A stretch of DNA of 64,000 nt. It comes from an uncultured Planctomycetota bacterium (lineage in GTDB: Bacteria > Planctomycetota > Planctomycetia > Isosphaerales > Isosphaeraceae). This document shows positions 9,877 through 20,553 of this stretch, one piece after another. Location of the stretch: the NCBI GenBank assembly GCA_963823665.1, contig CAWGMQ010000004.1, forward strand, positions 3,011,606 to 3,075,605, in the 5' to 3' direction. Within the stretch, counting starts at the first letter, position 1; each line of letters opens with the position of its first letter. The position numbers and the translations under genes were made by a program. The notes beneath the pieces were generated by a model. It ran no database searches, was not told where the DNA came from, and was given only the letters and a program-made list of their open reading frames with translations.

Positions 9877-11214
9877 ATGAACACCAATTCGGCGTCTCTC
9901 ATGTCTCAGGCGAAGACTGGCTTCACGGAAGACGCGTTCGAGGTATTCCTGCGCCAGCGTGACGAGCCATCGTGGCTGCTCGAGCGCCGTCGCGAGGCGT
10001 TTGCCCGCTACCAAGCTTTCGCGTGGCCCAGTGCACGCGACGAAGAATGGCGCCGGACGGATATCCGCGCGCTCAAGATGGATGCGTTTGCGCCCCCATC
10101 TCGCAGCGAACCGAGCGCAACAGACCGCGCTTCCCTCGAACAGCTCTGGCAGAGCCTGAGCGCGCACTACGCCACCGGCATCGCGCACGTCGCCGGCGCA
10201 CTGGCGCGGAAAGCCGATCCATCGCGTCTTGGACGGGCAGTGTTCATCGATCTGGACCAAGCGGTCAAAGATTATCCGGAGCTCCTCGAGCGATATCTTT
10301 TGACGGAAGCCGTCACGCCCGGAGCAGACGTGCTTGCCGCGCTTCACTCGGCGTTCTGGAGCGGTGGCACGCTGTTGTATCTGCCGAAGGGTGTGACGCT
10401 CGAAGCCCCGCTCTTCAGCCTGGCCGCACTGGGCCGAACCGGACGTGTCGACACGAGTCACACGCTCGTTGTGCTTGAGGAGGGAGCCGAGGCCACGCTG
10501 GTGCGGGAAGCGAGCGGGCAGGGGGGTGGCGATTCGCCTGCGGGGCTGCATGTTGGTGCGCTCGAGGTCTTTCTGGGACAGGGAGCCCGTCTGCGATTGG
10601 TGAGCATCCAGAACTGGGACGAGCAGACCTGGCACTTCAGTCGCGAGCGGGCGATCGTGGGGCGTGATGCCTCGCTGCAATGGACTGTCGGCGGACTGGG
10701 GTCGCGTCTCTCAAAAGTCAATCAGGAGGTTGCTCTCGCCGGGCAAGGGGCGAAGGCCCAGGTCAACGGGGTGATGTTCACGACGGGCCGCCAGCACCTT
10801 GCTTATTTCACCAGACAAGACCACCAGGCGCCGCATACGACGAGCGACCTGTTGTACAAGGCCGGCCTCAAGGACAAATCGCGAATCGTGTGGAAGGGAA
10901 TGATCCGGGTCGAGAAAGACGCCCAGCGCACGGACGCTTATCAGAAGAACGACAACCTCGTGCTCTCGCATTCGGCCCGCGCGGACTCGATTCCCGGGCT
11001 CGAGATCGAGGCCAACGACGTGCGCTGCACCCACGGTGCGACGGCGGGCCGTGTCGACGACGAGATGATCTTTTACGCCCAGGCACGGGCGATTCCCAAA
11101 GAAACCGCGATCCGGCTCATCGTCGAGGGCTTCTTCGCCAACGTTTACGATCGAATCACGATCGATCCGGTTCGAGAAGCGCTTCGCCAGGCGGTCGAGA
11201 ACAAGCTCGCTTGA
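9877..11214 (+). CDS. sufD: Fe-S cluster assembly protein SufD
   Basis: DEEWRRTD, TDAYQKN, SIPGLEIEANDVRCTHGAT. Confidence 0.93.
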   Translation: MNTNSASLMSQAKTGFTEDAFEVFLRQRDEPSWLLERRREAFARYQAFAWPSARDEEWRRTDIRALKMDAFAPPSRSEPSATDRASLEQLWQSLSAHYATGIAHVAGALARKADPSRLGRAVFIDLDQAVKDYPELLERYLLTEAVTPGADVLAALHSAFWSGGTLLYLPKGVTLEAPLFSLAALGRTGRVDTSHTLVVLEEGAEATLVREASGQGGGDSPAGLHVGALEVFLGQGARLRLVSIQNWDEQTWHFSRERAIVGRDASLQWTVGGLGSRLSKVNQEVALAGQGAKAQVNGVMFTTGRQHLAYFTRQDHQAPHTTSDLLYKAGLKDKSRIVWKGMIRVEKDAQRTDAYQKNDNLVLSHSARADSIPGLEIEANDVRCTHGATAGRVDDEMIFYAQARAIPKETAIRLIVEGFFANVYDRITIDPVREALRQAVENKLA

Positions 11215-11244
11215 TTTCAGCCAAATTTTCCACGGAGAGCACAT

Positions 11245-12099
11245 ATGGGAGAACCTTACGTTCATCCGGAAGTCCTGGTTTCGGCCGACTGGGTCGCAGA
11301 CCACTTGAAAGATCCGAAGGTGCGCATCGTCGAGAGTGATGAAGATCTGTTGCTCTACGGCCAAGGCCATATTCCCGGCGCGGTCATGATCGACTGGCAG
11401 GGCGATCTCCAGGACCAGCTTGTTCGCGATTACATCAACGCCGACAAATTCGCGGCGATGTGCTCGAAAGCAGGAATTGGAAACGACACGACGGTGGTCT
11501 TTTACGGCGATAAGTCGAACTGGTGGGCCTGCTATGCGTTCTGGGCGTTCAAGCTCTTCGGACATCCTGACTGCCGCATTTTGAATGGCGGCCGCAAGCT
11601 CTGGCTCGACCAAAAGCGGCCTACCAGCACGGAGAGCCCTCAATATCACGCCGCGCAATACAAGGTGCGCGGGAGCGACGAAGATCGGATCCGGATCTTC
11701 CGTGACGCGGTTGCTGCCCACGCCAAGGCGGGGCTGCCGCTGATCGACGTTCGCAGTCCCAAGGAATTCACCGGTGAGATGCTGCACATGGAGGCATATC
11801 CACAGGAGGGTGCGCTCCGCGGTGGCCACATCCCTGGCGCCAGGAACGTGCCCTGGAGCCGGGCGGTCAATGAAGACGGGACGTTCAAATCGGTCGAGGA
11901 GCTGAAGGCGATCTACGAAGGTGAGATCGGTCTGAAGCCGAGCGACAATGTGGTGGCCTATTGCCGGATCGGCGAGCGATCGAGCCTGACCTGGTTTGTC
12001 TTGACCTACTTGCTCGGTTATGGGAGCGTCAGAAACTACGACGGCTCGTGGACGGAGTGGGGCAACCTCGTGCGAGCCCCGATCGCCAAGGGGGCCTGA
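11245..12099 (+). CDS. thiosulfate/3-mercaptopyruvate sulfurtransferase (two-domain rhodanese, SseA/CysA-like)
   Basis: GHIPGA twice, active-site [19 protein letters not shown]. Confidence 0.9.
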   Translation: MGEPYVHPEVLVSADWVADHLKDPKVRIVESDEDLLLYGQGHIPGAVMIDWQGDLQDQLVRDYINADKFAAMCSKAGIGNDTTVVFYGDKSNWWACYAFWAFKLFGHPDCRILNGGRKLWLDQKRPTSTESPQYHAAQYKVRGSDEDRIRIFRDAVAAHAKAGLPLIDVRSPKEFTGEMLHMEAYPQEGALRGGHIPGARNVPWSRAVNEDGTFKSVEELKAIYEGEIGLKPSDNVVAYCRIGERSSLTWFVLTYLLGYGSVRNYDGSWTEWGNLVRAPIAKGA

Positions 12100-12117
12100 G
12101 TGCGACGCGAGGGAAAC

Positions 12118-12561
12118 ATGCCGACTGCACTCGACGCGATTGTGACCGATCTGAAGGGAAGTGACCGCCAGGAACGGATCGACATCCTGCTCGACTTCGC
12201 CAAGAGTCTGCCGCCGTTGCCGGAGAGGCTGCTTGCGCACAAGGATGCCTCGCATCGCGTCGAGGAATGCCAGTCGCCGGTTTATCTGTTCGTCGAGCTT
12301 GAGGACGGCCGCGTTACTTTGAACGCCGATGCGCCGATCGAGGCGCCGACGGTCCGCGGATTTGTTTCGCTGTTGCTCGAAGGCTTGAACACTGCAACGG
12401 TCGAGGAGATCCTTTCGGTACCGTCTGACCTGGTGGATCAATGCGGCCTGGGTGAAATCCTGGGGATGCTCCGGGTGCGCGGGCTCTCGGGTGTGCTCAG
12501 GCGACTGAAGGCCGAGGTAACCCGCGTGGCCATCGAGAAGGCCGCCTCGGTACCGAGCTGA
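12118..12561 (+). CDS. sufE: SufE-family sulfur acceptor
   Basis: RVEECQSPVYL, EAPTVRGF, LGEILGMLRVRG. Confidence 0.85.
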   Translation: MPTALDAIVTDLKGSDRQERIDILLDFAKSLPPLPERLLAHKDASHRVEECQSPVYLFVELEDGRVTLNADAPIEAPTVRGFVSLLLEGLNTATVEEILSVPSDLVDQCGLGEILGMLRVRGLSGVLRRLKAEVTRVAIEKAASVPS

Positions 12562-12580
12562 GAAAGGTAAAGCCCAAGGG

Positions 12581-12898
12581 ATGCCATCGTTCGTCAAAGT
12601 CGCCTCTGCCGCCAATTTGCCGCCCGGCAGCAAGAAACTCGCCGAGGTCGACGGCCGGCCGATCGCGGTGTTCAACGTCAATGGATCGTTTTACGCGATC
12701 GACGACGTTTGCACCCACGATGGGGGCCCGCTGGCTGAGGGCGAGCTACTCGGTTGCGAGATCATGTGCCCGCGCCACGGTGCGCGCTTCGACGTCCGGA
12801 CGGGCAAAGCGCTCTGCATGCCTGCCGTCGAGCCGGTCGCGGTGCATGCCACCGAGCTTCGCGGCGATGACGTGTACGTGGCTTTGAGCGACGACTGA
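12581..12898 (+). CDS. Rieske [2Fe-2S] ferredoxin
   Basis: CTHDGGPL...CPRHGARFD. Confidence 0.9.
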   Translation: MPSFVKVASAANLPPGSKKLAEVDGRPIAVFNVNGSFYAIDDVCTHDGGPLAEGELLGCEIMCPRHGARFDVRTGKALCMPAVEPVAVHATELRGDDVYVALSDD

Positions 12899-12958
12899 AT
12901 CACCGCGACAGGACAACAGCCACCAATTGAAATCACTGCGACAGGAGCGAGATGAGCC

Positions 12959-13258
12959 ATGCCCGATCAAGACGCGTTAATCGCCGCGCTGCGCAAGGTC
13001 AACGACCCCGAGCTGAATGTGAACGTCATCGACCTGGGCTTGATCTATTCGATCCAGAGCAAAGAAGGTGAGGTCGACGTCGAGATGACGCTCACCTCGC
13101 CGGCGTGCCCGGCCGGCCCGGCGATGCTGCAAAGCGCCGCCAAGGCGCTCGAAGGCGTCGAAGGGGTGAGCAAGGCCAACGTCAAGCTGGTGATGTCGCC
13201 CCCCTGGTCACCGGACAAGATGTCCGACGCGGCACGGGATGAATTGGGGATTTTTTGA
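12959..13258 (+). CDS. DUF59 metal-sulfur cluster assembly factor (SufT-like)
   Basis: DPELxVNVIDLGLIY, MTLTSPACP, PPWSPD. Confidence 0.9.
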   Translation: MPDQDALIAALRKVNDPELNVNVIDLGLIYSIQSKEGEVDVEMTLTSPACPAGPAMLQSAAKALEGVEGVSKANVKLVMSPPWSPDKMSDAARDELGIF

Positions 13259-13367
13259 CGTTCTACCGCCCGGCCCGCCCTCTGCTGTACGCCCTTGCAA
13301 TCCATCCGGGCATCAGCGATAAAAAACGTGAAACATCATTTTGAATCACGCCATCGCGGAGATCGCC

Positions 13368-14636
13368 ATGCGTGCACATCCCAATCGGCGAACGTTTATA
13401 GGAGCCGGCGCGGCGGGGCTGAGTTTGGCGCTCCAGCGCTCTGGCCGGGCGGCGCCGGACGCGCGGGTGCGAGTGGCAATCATCGGTTTGCGCAATCGCG
13501 GATATGACCACGCCAGGCTCTTCGCCGCGAATCCTCACTGCGAGGTGGTGGCCATCTGTGATATTGACGACTCGATGTTCGTCAAGCCTCTGGAAGCGGT
13601 CGAAGCGGCAACTGGAAAGTCGCCGCGGGTCGAGAAAGACTTTCGCCGGCTGCTCGATGACAAGACGATCGACGCCGTCACCATCGCCACGCCCGACCAT
13701 TGGCATGCAATGCTGACCGTGCTCGCCTGTCAGGCATCCAAGGACGTTTATGTCGAAAAGCCCGCCAGCCATAACGTCATGGAAGGCCGACGGATGGTCG
13801 AGGCCGTGCGCAAGTACAACCGCGTTGTACAGCTCGGTACGCAGCGGCGAAGCACGCCCCACGTCCAGGAGGCGATCGAGCACGTGCGGTCAGGCGCGCT
13901 GGGGAAGGTGAGCATGGCCAAGGCCTGGTGTCATCAGAAACGGGTCACTATCGGCCGCGGCCACGAGGGCGCGGTGCCACCGGGTGTCGATTATGCGATG
14001 TGGCAGGGGCCTGCACCCGACCGGCCCTATTATTCGAATCGCTTCCATTACTGCTGGCACTGGTTCTGGCACTGGGGCACGGGCGAGCTGGGAAACAACG
14101 GAATTCATGGCGTGGACGTTGCCCGCTGGGGGCTCGGCGTGGACGCACCTCTCACTGTCAGTTCCGGCGGTGGCAAGTTCTATTTCGACGACGATCAGGA
14201 AACGCCGGACACCCAGATCGCCACCTGGGAGTTTCCCCTCGCCTGTCTGGTCTGCGAGCATCGAATCTGGTCCGACCATCCAACCGAAGGCACCTTATTC
14301 GGCGTGTCATTTCTCGGCGACAAGGGAACGCTGGTCATCGACGACAAGGGCTGGCGCGTCGAACAAGGCGACGGCGCCAAGGGTTTGCGCCGGGAAGAAG
14401 GACAGGCGAAGCACGTCGAGAACTTTCTCGAGTGCGTGAAAACCCGTCATCGACCGAATGCCGATATCGAAACCGGACACTCCAGTACTCGGCTCTGCCT
14501 GCTGGGCAACATTGCTTACCGCACCGGCAAGAAACTCACGTTCGATGCGGCCAGTGAGTCGGTTCACGACACCGCGGCTGACGCGATGCTCGCACGAGAG
14601 TATAGTAATCGATTCGAGATGCCTTCGCAGGTTTGA
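13368..14636 (+). CDS. Tat-exported Gfo/Idh/MocA oxidoreductase
   Basis: NRRTFI signal, IATPDHWH, DVYVEKP, GTQRRS. Confidence 0.9.
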   Translation: MRAHPNRRTFIGAGAAGLSLALQRSGRAAPDARVRVAIIGLRNRGYDHARLFAANPHCEVVAICDIDDSMFVKPLEAVEAATGKSPRVEKDFRRLLDDKTIDAVTIATPDHWHAMLTVLACQASKDVYVEKPASHNVMEGRRMVEAVRKYNRVVQLGTQRRSTPHVQEAIEHVRSGALGKVSMAKAWCHQKRVTIGRGHEGAVPPGVDYAMWQGPAPDRPYYSNRFHYCWHWFWHWGTGELGNNGIHGVDVARWGLGVDAPLTVSSGGGKFYFDDDQETPDTQIATWEFPLACLVCEHRIWSDHPTEGTLFGVSFLGDKGTLVIDDKGWRVEQGDGAKGLRREEGQAKHVENFLECVKTRHRPNADIETGHSSTRLCLLGNIAYRTGKKLTFDAASESVHDTAADAMLAREYSNRFEMPSQV

Positions 14637-14690
14637 ACCAGGCGGTTCTCGAGATCGGCACGATCGGCCGCGCAGCGAGCGCCCTTCACC

Positions 14691-15788
14691 ATGCAACTCA
14701 GTCCAATCGGCCTGATGATTGATCAGCTCGACACGCCGGCGCTGCTGCTCGACCTCGAGGCGCTCGCGCACAACGTCGGAAAGATGGCAGGCCATTTCCG
14801 CGATCGAAATGTGCAGTGGCGGCCCCACGCCAAGGCATTCAAGTGCCCGGCGATCGCTCACATTTTGCAGAAAGCGGGTGCGATCGGCGTCACCGTTGCG
14901 AAGGTGTCCGAGGCAGAGGTGATGGCCGCAGGCGGGATCACGGACATCCTGATCGCGCATCTTGTCGTCGGACCAAGCAAGGTGGCGCGGCTCGCTGCAT
15001 TGCAGCATCAGGCCGACGTCAAGGTGACGGTCGACCACCCCGAGCATGTGGGAGAACTTAGCCGGGCGGCGCAGGATGCCGGCGTCACGATTGGTGTTCT
15101 TGTCGACGTCGACCTCGGCATGAAGCGAACCGGCGTTCCGACCGCCAAGGATGCTGTGACGCTTTGCCGGCAAGTTGCCGCCAGCCCGGGCTTGCGATTC
15201 GACGGATTGATGGGATACGAAGGTCATACGCTCATGATCGCCGATCCGGCCGAGAAACGGACGACGATCGCGTCGGCAATCGCCAAGCTGCTCGAGACCC
15301 GCGAATTGGCCGAGCAGTCGGGCCACGACTGCAGAATCATCTCCGCCGGCGGATCTGGGTCATACCAGTACACCGCCGATTTTTCCGGAGTGACCGAGAT
15401 TCAGGCCGGCGGCGGCATCTTCGCTTGCCAGTATTACACGCGGATGTGCCAGGTCGAAGGGCACCTCCCGGCGATCCGCGTTCTGGCGACCGTGGTCAGC
15501 CGGCCCGCCCGCGACCGAGCCATCCTCGACATTGGCCAGAAATCGATCAGCCAGCACCAAACTCCACCAGTCCTGCTAGACTATCCAAACTGCCTAGTCA
15601 TCGGGCTTTCGGCGGAGCATGCGACGATTGCGGTCGATTCGCAGATTAGCCTTCCGATTGGAGAAAAGGTGCAGGTCTTGCCCGGTTATAGCGATTTTAC
15701 TTTTGTGCTGCATGACCGAGTCTTTGGCGTTCGGCGCGGGCGCGTCGAAGTGGTGTGGGATCTCCTCGGCCGAGGAAAACTACAGTAA
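14691..15788 (+). CDS. DSD1 / D-threonine-aldolase-like PLP enzyme
   Basis: DTPALLLD, RPHAKAFK, GLMGYEGH, LSAEH. Confidence 0.85.
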   Translation: MQLSPIGLMIDQLDTPALLLDLEALAHNVGKMAGHFRDRNVQWRPHAKAFKCPAIAHILQKAGAIGVTVAKVSEAEVMAAGGITDILIAHLVVGPSKVARLAALQHQADVKVTVDHPEHVGELSRAAQDAGVTIGVLVDVDLGMKRTGVPTAKDAVTLCRQVAASPGLRFDGLMGYEGHTLMIADPAEKRTTIASAIAKLLETRELAEQSGHDCRIISAGGSGSYQYTADFSGVTEIQAGGGIFACQYYTRMCQVEGHLPAIRVLATVVSRPARDRAILDIGQKSISQHQTPPVLLDYPNCLVIGLSAEHATIAVDSQISLPIGEKVQVLPGYSDFTFVLHDRVFGVRRGRVEVVWDLLGRGKLQ

Positions 15789-16236
15789 CCTCGACCAAGC
15801 AAGAGAGTTACTGCTGGGTCTCCTCCGCGGACAGGCCCGGGAATATGAAAGGGGGGGACTGGCCAAATCAATGCATCCATGCTAGAATAACGGTCAGAAA
15901 CTTGCTCAACGAATAGGATGGTTTTGGCAACGGAGGTGATTGGCCCACAAGGCCGAGGAACGAGCTTCTTGACTCGAGTGCTCTGACTGTTGCCCGGTGG
16001 GAGGTGAACAAATCAGCCTGGTCAAACGCCTGGGTGGTTTGGGCTCGATGAGGGTTTCGGTTTCGATTAATTTGACGCGTGCGAGGCATGGATTGAATCG
16101 GAATGTTCTAGAATAATGGCGGTCGGGTGTCCCAATTGGCGGTGATCGTCAATACGTTATTGGGGCTGCAGTTCAGGATTCGCCTTGAGCGCGAATTGAT
16201 GAGAGGAGAGGGGGCGTGGGCAGCGCACGGGAGAAG

Positions 16237-17091
16237 ATGAGTCGGAAGCAAAGGCGCTACAGCCCGACCGTCGAGCTGCTCGAGGCCGTGCGCCTACTCT
16301 CGAGCGCCACCGAAGCGCACCCGCTCGCGACTCTTGCGGCCGAGCACGAGTTGCTGGCCGATCTGCCCGGTGCCGTATCGCATCTGGAAGATGATGCGAC
16401 ACCGTTCTCGACGGCGGCGTGGGATGAGGCGCTCGTACAGACCGAGCTTTCCGACATCCTGGGTTCAGTCGGTTCATCGAGCTCCAGTTCCACGGCGGCT
16501 ACGTCCGCCGCGAAGTCTTCGCCCACGGTCTTGTCGCAGCCGGCCGCGACCGTCGACTTCAAAGACCTGACGTCCGGGCTAAGCCAGTTGAGCAAGTATC
16601 TGAGTCGAGCTTGGTATCGAGCAGGCATTTCCCCGCAGCTCCACGACGACAGCACCCAGGCGGTGTATGTCACGCTGCTTCAGCAGCTCGGCCGGGGCAG
16701 CTTCGACTCGCTGATTGCAGACGTCGGCCACTCGGGAATCAAGGATGTTTTCACGCGGGAGACCTCCGAGGGTCTGGCCTTCTTCCGAGCCGTTGACATG
16801 GTGAAGAAGCGGGCTCAGCGCGAGCGGGTGCACCATTCGCTCGACGCACTCGATGTCGCTGGCCCGGTTGATTCGCACGGCATGAGTACATCGCGGCGGC
16901 AAGCGCTGCTCGAGGCGATCGAGAATACGCTCAGCCCTCGCGAAGCCGCCTTGATCCGGGCTACATTGATGGGCAAAACCCCCGCCGAGATCGCAGATCA
17001 GTGGGGAGTCTCGCCCAAGACGGTGAGCAACGAAAAGACCCGCGTCCTGCAGAAACTGCGTCTTGCACTCGCCGACCACGAGATGAACTGA
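16237..17091 (+). CDS. ECF-like sigma70 factor with N-terminal extension
   Basis: Region-2-like HDDSTQAVYVTLL; region-4 HTH LSPRE...GKTPAEIADQWGVSPKTVSNEKTR. Confidence 0.7.
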   Translation: MSRKQRRYSPTVELLEAVRLLSSATEAHPLATLAAEHELLADLPGAVSHLEDDATPFSTAAWDEALVQTELSDILGSVGSSSSSSTAATSAAKSSPTVLSQPAATVDFKDLTSGLSQLSKYLSRAWYRAGISPQLHDDSTQAVYVTLLQQLGRGSFDSLIADVGHSGIKDVFTRETSEGLAFFRAVDMVKKRAQRERVHHSLDALDVAGPVDSHGMSTSRRQALLEAIENTLSPREAALIRATLMGKTPAEIADQWGVSPKTVSNEKTRVLQKLRLALADHEMN

Positions 17092-17295
17092 AAAAGAGCG
17101 CGTGCGCATCGCACAGCGCGGGCTGGCCGTGCGCAGCGTACGTGAGGCATTGGCCTGACGCAGTTTCTCAAAAAACGCGTCTCCAACCGGCGCATCACGC
17201 CATGCACATTGCCCGTGCCCTTGCGCTGTGTTAACTTCTCGCGAAAGCTGGAAGAAGGCAAGGCGCACGCGACATGCCAGAATTGGAGCCGGACG

Positions 17296-18528
17296 ATGAT
17301 CCAAATTGCTAACAGCACGGGGTGCCTGCGGGCAACGACGACTTCTCTGGCACTCTATCTGTTCACAGTCGGCATCGCTTCAACAGGTGTTTCCCAAGCG
17401 GCGGAAACCACACCGACTGACCCCGAGTCGGGAGTGTTCCGGGTTTACGTGGGAACCTACACCAGTGGCGGAGGCGGCAGCCGTGGGATTTATCTGCTCG
17501 ACCTGGACTTGCACTCCGGCAAATTGAGTGAGCCGCAGCTTGCGTGTGAAGCGACCGACCCGTCGTTCCTGGCCATTCATCCCGGAGGAAGGCTGCTTTA
17601 TGCTGTAAGCGAGCGCACTGAGGTCGATGGTCGGCCCGGTGGGGCGGTGCTGGCATTTGCCATCGACGAGGCCACTGGAAACCTGGGCTTGATCAATCAG
17701 CAATCATCGCGAGGTGCGGACCCGTGTCATCTGGTGGTGGATAGGGCTGGAAAGAATGTCCTCGTGGCAAATTACACCGGTGGCAGCATCGCTTCCCTGC
17801 CGATCGACGCGGATGGACGGCTGGGCGCGAGCTCGACTTTCATTCAGCACAAGGGCAAGGGAAGCGATCCCAGCAGGCAGGACGGTCCGCACGCGCACTC
17901 GATCAACCTCAACCGGTCAGGCCGATTTGCCGTGGTCGCCGATCTCGGTTTGGACAGAGTTTTCGTTTATCGGTTTGACAGCGGCAAAGGAACGCTCGAA
18001 GCCAATGATCCACCGTTTGCCAACGTGGCGCCGAAGTCTGGTCCACGGCACTTCGCGTTTGCCCCCGACGGCCGATTCGGCTATGTGATCAGCGAGCTGG
18101 CGAACACGGTCACGGCGTTTGAGTACGACGATGCCGGGGGATCGTTGAAACCAATCCAGACGATATCGACATTGCCCGCGAGCTTTGAGGGAAAGAGTTA
18201 TACAGCGGAGGTGCAGGTTCATCCGTTGGGCAAATTCGTGTACGGGTCGAACCGCGGGCATGACAGCATCGTAGTTTTCGCCGTCGATCCCGGCACCGGC
18301 AAGCTCCGCTCAGTCGGGTTCGTGCCCACGCAAGGCCGGAATCCGCGCAATTTCGCGATCGATCCAACAGGTGCTTATCTTTTGGCAGAGAACGGCGATT
18401 CGGGGACGATCGTGGTGTTCCGGATCGATGCAGAAAGCGGTGCGCTTCGCGCCACTGGCCAGAGCGTCCGCGTTCCCAAACCGGTTTGCATCAAGATGAT
18501 TCCCAAGCCTCTCGGGCCGACGCGTTAA
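17296..18528 (+). CDS. lactonase family (6-phosphogluconolactonase-like beta-propeller), probably exported
   Basis: VYVGTYT, VANYTGG, PHAH, ADLGLD, GPRHF, SNRGHDS, PRNF. Confidence 0.9.
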   Translation: MIQIANSTGCLRATTTSLALYLFTVGIASTGVSQAAETTPTDPESGVFRVYVGTYTSGGGGSRGIYLLDLDLHSGKLSEPQLACEATDPSFLAIHPGGRLLYAVSERTEVDGRPGGAVLAFAIDEATGNLGLINQQSSRGADPCHLVVDRAGKNVLVANYTGGSIASLPIDADGRLGASSTFIQHKGKGSDPSRQDGPHAHSINLNRSGRFAVVADLGLDRVFVYRFDSGKGTLEANDPPFANVAPKSGPRHFAFAPDGRFGYVISELANTVTAFEYDDAGGSLKPIQTISTLPASFEGKSYTAEVQVHPLGKFVYGSNRGHDSIVVFAVDPGTGKLRSVGFVPTQGRNPRNFAIDPTGAYLLAENGDSGTIVVFRIDAESGALRATGQSVRVPKPVCIKMIPKPLGPTR

Positions 18529-18558
18529 GAACTGTTGGTTTTTGACGGTGAAGTCGAG

Positions 18559-19389
18559 ATGAAAGAACTTGCCCGCTACATGGATGGTCCGGGGCCCGAC
18601 CTTGAGCGTCAGGCGAAGCTCTTCGTGCTTCTCTATTCGACGGAAGAAGTCGCGGCCCGGAAAGGGAGGATTTACGAGTCGCTGATCGCGCAGTCGCCGC
18701 AAGTGCGCGATGGGAATTTCCGGCTAATCGGCACGGATGACCTGGAGCGTCTATTCAACTGGTATGACCGCGAGTTCTTCGCGGGGCGGCTCGGCGAAAT
18801 GCTCATGGAGGACGAGGCCCACCCGGTGACGTTTCGGTTGTCTCGGCGGCTGGTGAGCGCCGCCGGTCAGACCATCCGGCAAGTGACTCGCGTTCAGAGG
18901 CAAGGCACGCCGTTCGCGAAGGTGGAATACGAGATCACGATCTCGGCCACGCTTCTCTTCAACACGTTCCAGGACGTGGATCGGCCGGTGACGGTCGGCG
19001 GCTTGCTCTGTCGCGACCGGGTCGAGGCGCTGCAGCGTATTTTCGAGCACGAGCTGCTGCACCTGGCGGAGTTTCTGGCCTGGGGACGCTCGAACTGTCG
19101 TGCCGATAATTTCCATAAGCTCTCCAGGCGCATCTTCGCCCACGAAGGTGCTTTTCACGACTTGATCACACCCGGCGAACAGGCGCGGGCAGCGTATGGC
19201 ATCCGGATCGGCGACAACGTCAGCTTTGAAGTCGAAGGCAGGCAGCACGCCGGCCGCGTCAATCGCATTACGCGGCGCGCAACCGTGCTCGTCGAAGACC
19301 CGCGCGGCGTGCTGTTCGACGACGGCAATCGATACCTCACGTTTTACGTGCCGCTGCCGCTCCTGAGGAAGGAATCGCGAGCGGGTTGA
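18559..19389 (+). CDS. SprT-like zinc metalloprotein
   Basis: FEHELLHL (HExxH); C-terminal GRVNRITRRATVLV SH3/KOW-like segment. Confidence 0.65.
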   Translation: MKELARYMDGPGPDLERQAKLFVLLYSTEEVAARKGRIYESLIAQSPQVRDGNFRLIGTDDLERLFNWYDREFFAGRLGEMLMEDEAHPVTFRLSRRLVSAAGQTIRQVTRVQRQGTPFAKVEYEITISATLLFNTFQDVDRPVTVGGLLCRDRVEALQRIFEHELLHLAEFLAWGRSNCRADNFHKLSRRIFAHEGAFHDLITPGEQARAAYGIRIGDNVSFEVEGRQHAGRVNRITRRATVLVEDPRGVLFDDGNRYLTFYVPLPLLRKESRAG

Positions 19390-19421
19390 GCTTCGCGTGA
19401 GTATGATCGCTTGCAGGTGCC

Positions 19422-19976
19422 ATGAATCGACTTCACCCGCGTTTCAAAGTGCGTACGATGATGCTTGTCGTCGCGCTCGTCGGCGTGGCTTGCCTGGGCG
19501 GGCGGGAAGTCTGGCGGCGATGGCTCCGCCCACAGTACTCAAGTCCGGTCTTCCCGTCGCGCGTCAGTGCACAGGTTGGCTCGGGTTCGGGGCACGAGCT
19601 TCTCTGGAACCCGGACCAACCAACGCTCGTCTTCATAACATACGATTTCAAGTTCGGCCCGCGGAAGCCCCCTCCCGGTTTGAGCGTGGTGCTCTTCGCA
19701 GAGGTCTGGTTCGAAGAGGTTGCAACGGGCGCGGCCGTGGAGACTTACACGTTCGATTCGGTTCTCACCGCCGGTACGCGCGACGCGACGTCAGGAACTT
19801 TCCCCTGGGAGGCGTCGCTTCCACACCCCGGACGGTATCAGCTCCGGTCCATGTTGCATTGGAAAACTCCGACGGGTGAGCTTCGAGGGATGAACGGAAA
19901 CGGTCGATTGTTTATAGTCGTGCCAGCCAACGAGCAAGGTCAGCCAAAACACAGCGTAATCCCACTCCAGGAATGA
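19422..19976 (+). CDS. hypothetical membrane-anchored protein
   Basis: PRFKVRTMMLVVALVG N-terminal anchor of a type common in planctomycete orphan genes. Confidence 0.55.
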   Translation: MNRLHPRFKVRTMMLVVALVGVACLGGREVWRRWLRPQYSSPVFPSRVSAQVGSGSGHELLWNPDQPTLVFITYDFKFGPRKPPPGLSVVLFAEVWFEEVATGAAVETYTFDSVLTAGTRDATSGTFPWEASLPHPGRYQLRSMLHWKTPTGELRGMNGNGRLFIVVPANEQGQPKHSVIPLQE

Positions 19977-20121
19977 TCTCCGGCTTTCGAATTTGAACGC
20001 TTCGTGAACTGGAAAACCTCGTCTCGACGCTCCGCGCCGGAAGGGCCTGCGTGCCGCTCAGTGGCGCGCTCGCTGTCGATCACTGCGGATCCGGCCCGAC
20101 CCATTCCTCAGGAGCGAAATC

Positions 20122-20472
20122 TTGATCCCTCTCAGTTCGCGCCTTCGGAAGCTACTTCTCGCGCTGGCGCTCCTGCCATCGATCGCCGCAGTGTACTGCA
20201 GCGGCTATCACCTGGGTTATCAGGCCGGCCTGAACGATAAGGGTCCCCAACGTCGGGTGCTCGTGCTCGTGCGGCAGAACCCAGGCAGCAGTAGCTCGAG
20301 CAATTCAATCGCTGGCTGGTTCGACATCAGCGATCCTCGAGACGCCACGAAGCTCGCAAAGGAAGAGCAGCGACTGAAAGCCATCGGCGCGAATTACTAC
20401 GTGGCCAAGGTGCGAGCCGAGACCACGCTCAGTCCCGAGCCTGATCCGCGAAGGGTTAACGCGCACAAATGA
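20122..20472 (+). CDS. hypothetical exported or membrane protein
   Basis: AGGAG SD, TTG start, LRKLLLALALL hydrophobic N-terminus. Confidence 0.45.
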   Translation: MIPLSSRLRKLLLALALLPSIAAVYCSGYHLGYQAGLNDKGPQRRVLVLVRQNPGSSSSSNSIAGWFDISDPRDATKLAKEEQRLKAIGANYYVAKVRAETTLSPEPDPRRVNAHK

Positions 20473-20553
20473 TATTACGATTCAGTTATCCGGATCTGTC
20501 GTCGCGGGATTCAGTGAATGCTCACCGGTCGCTCTCTCGGAGTTAATGCTGTG

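Noticed and set aside
15860..15875. sigma54 site upstream of the ECF-like gene
   Set aside because: TGGCCA-N5-ATGCA has the right spacing but is a weak match about 360 nt from the start; it could be chance.
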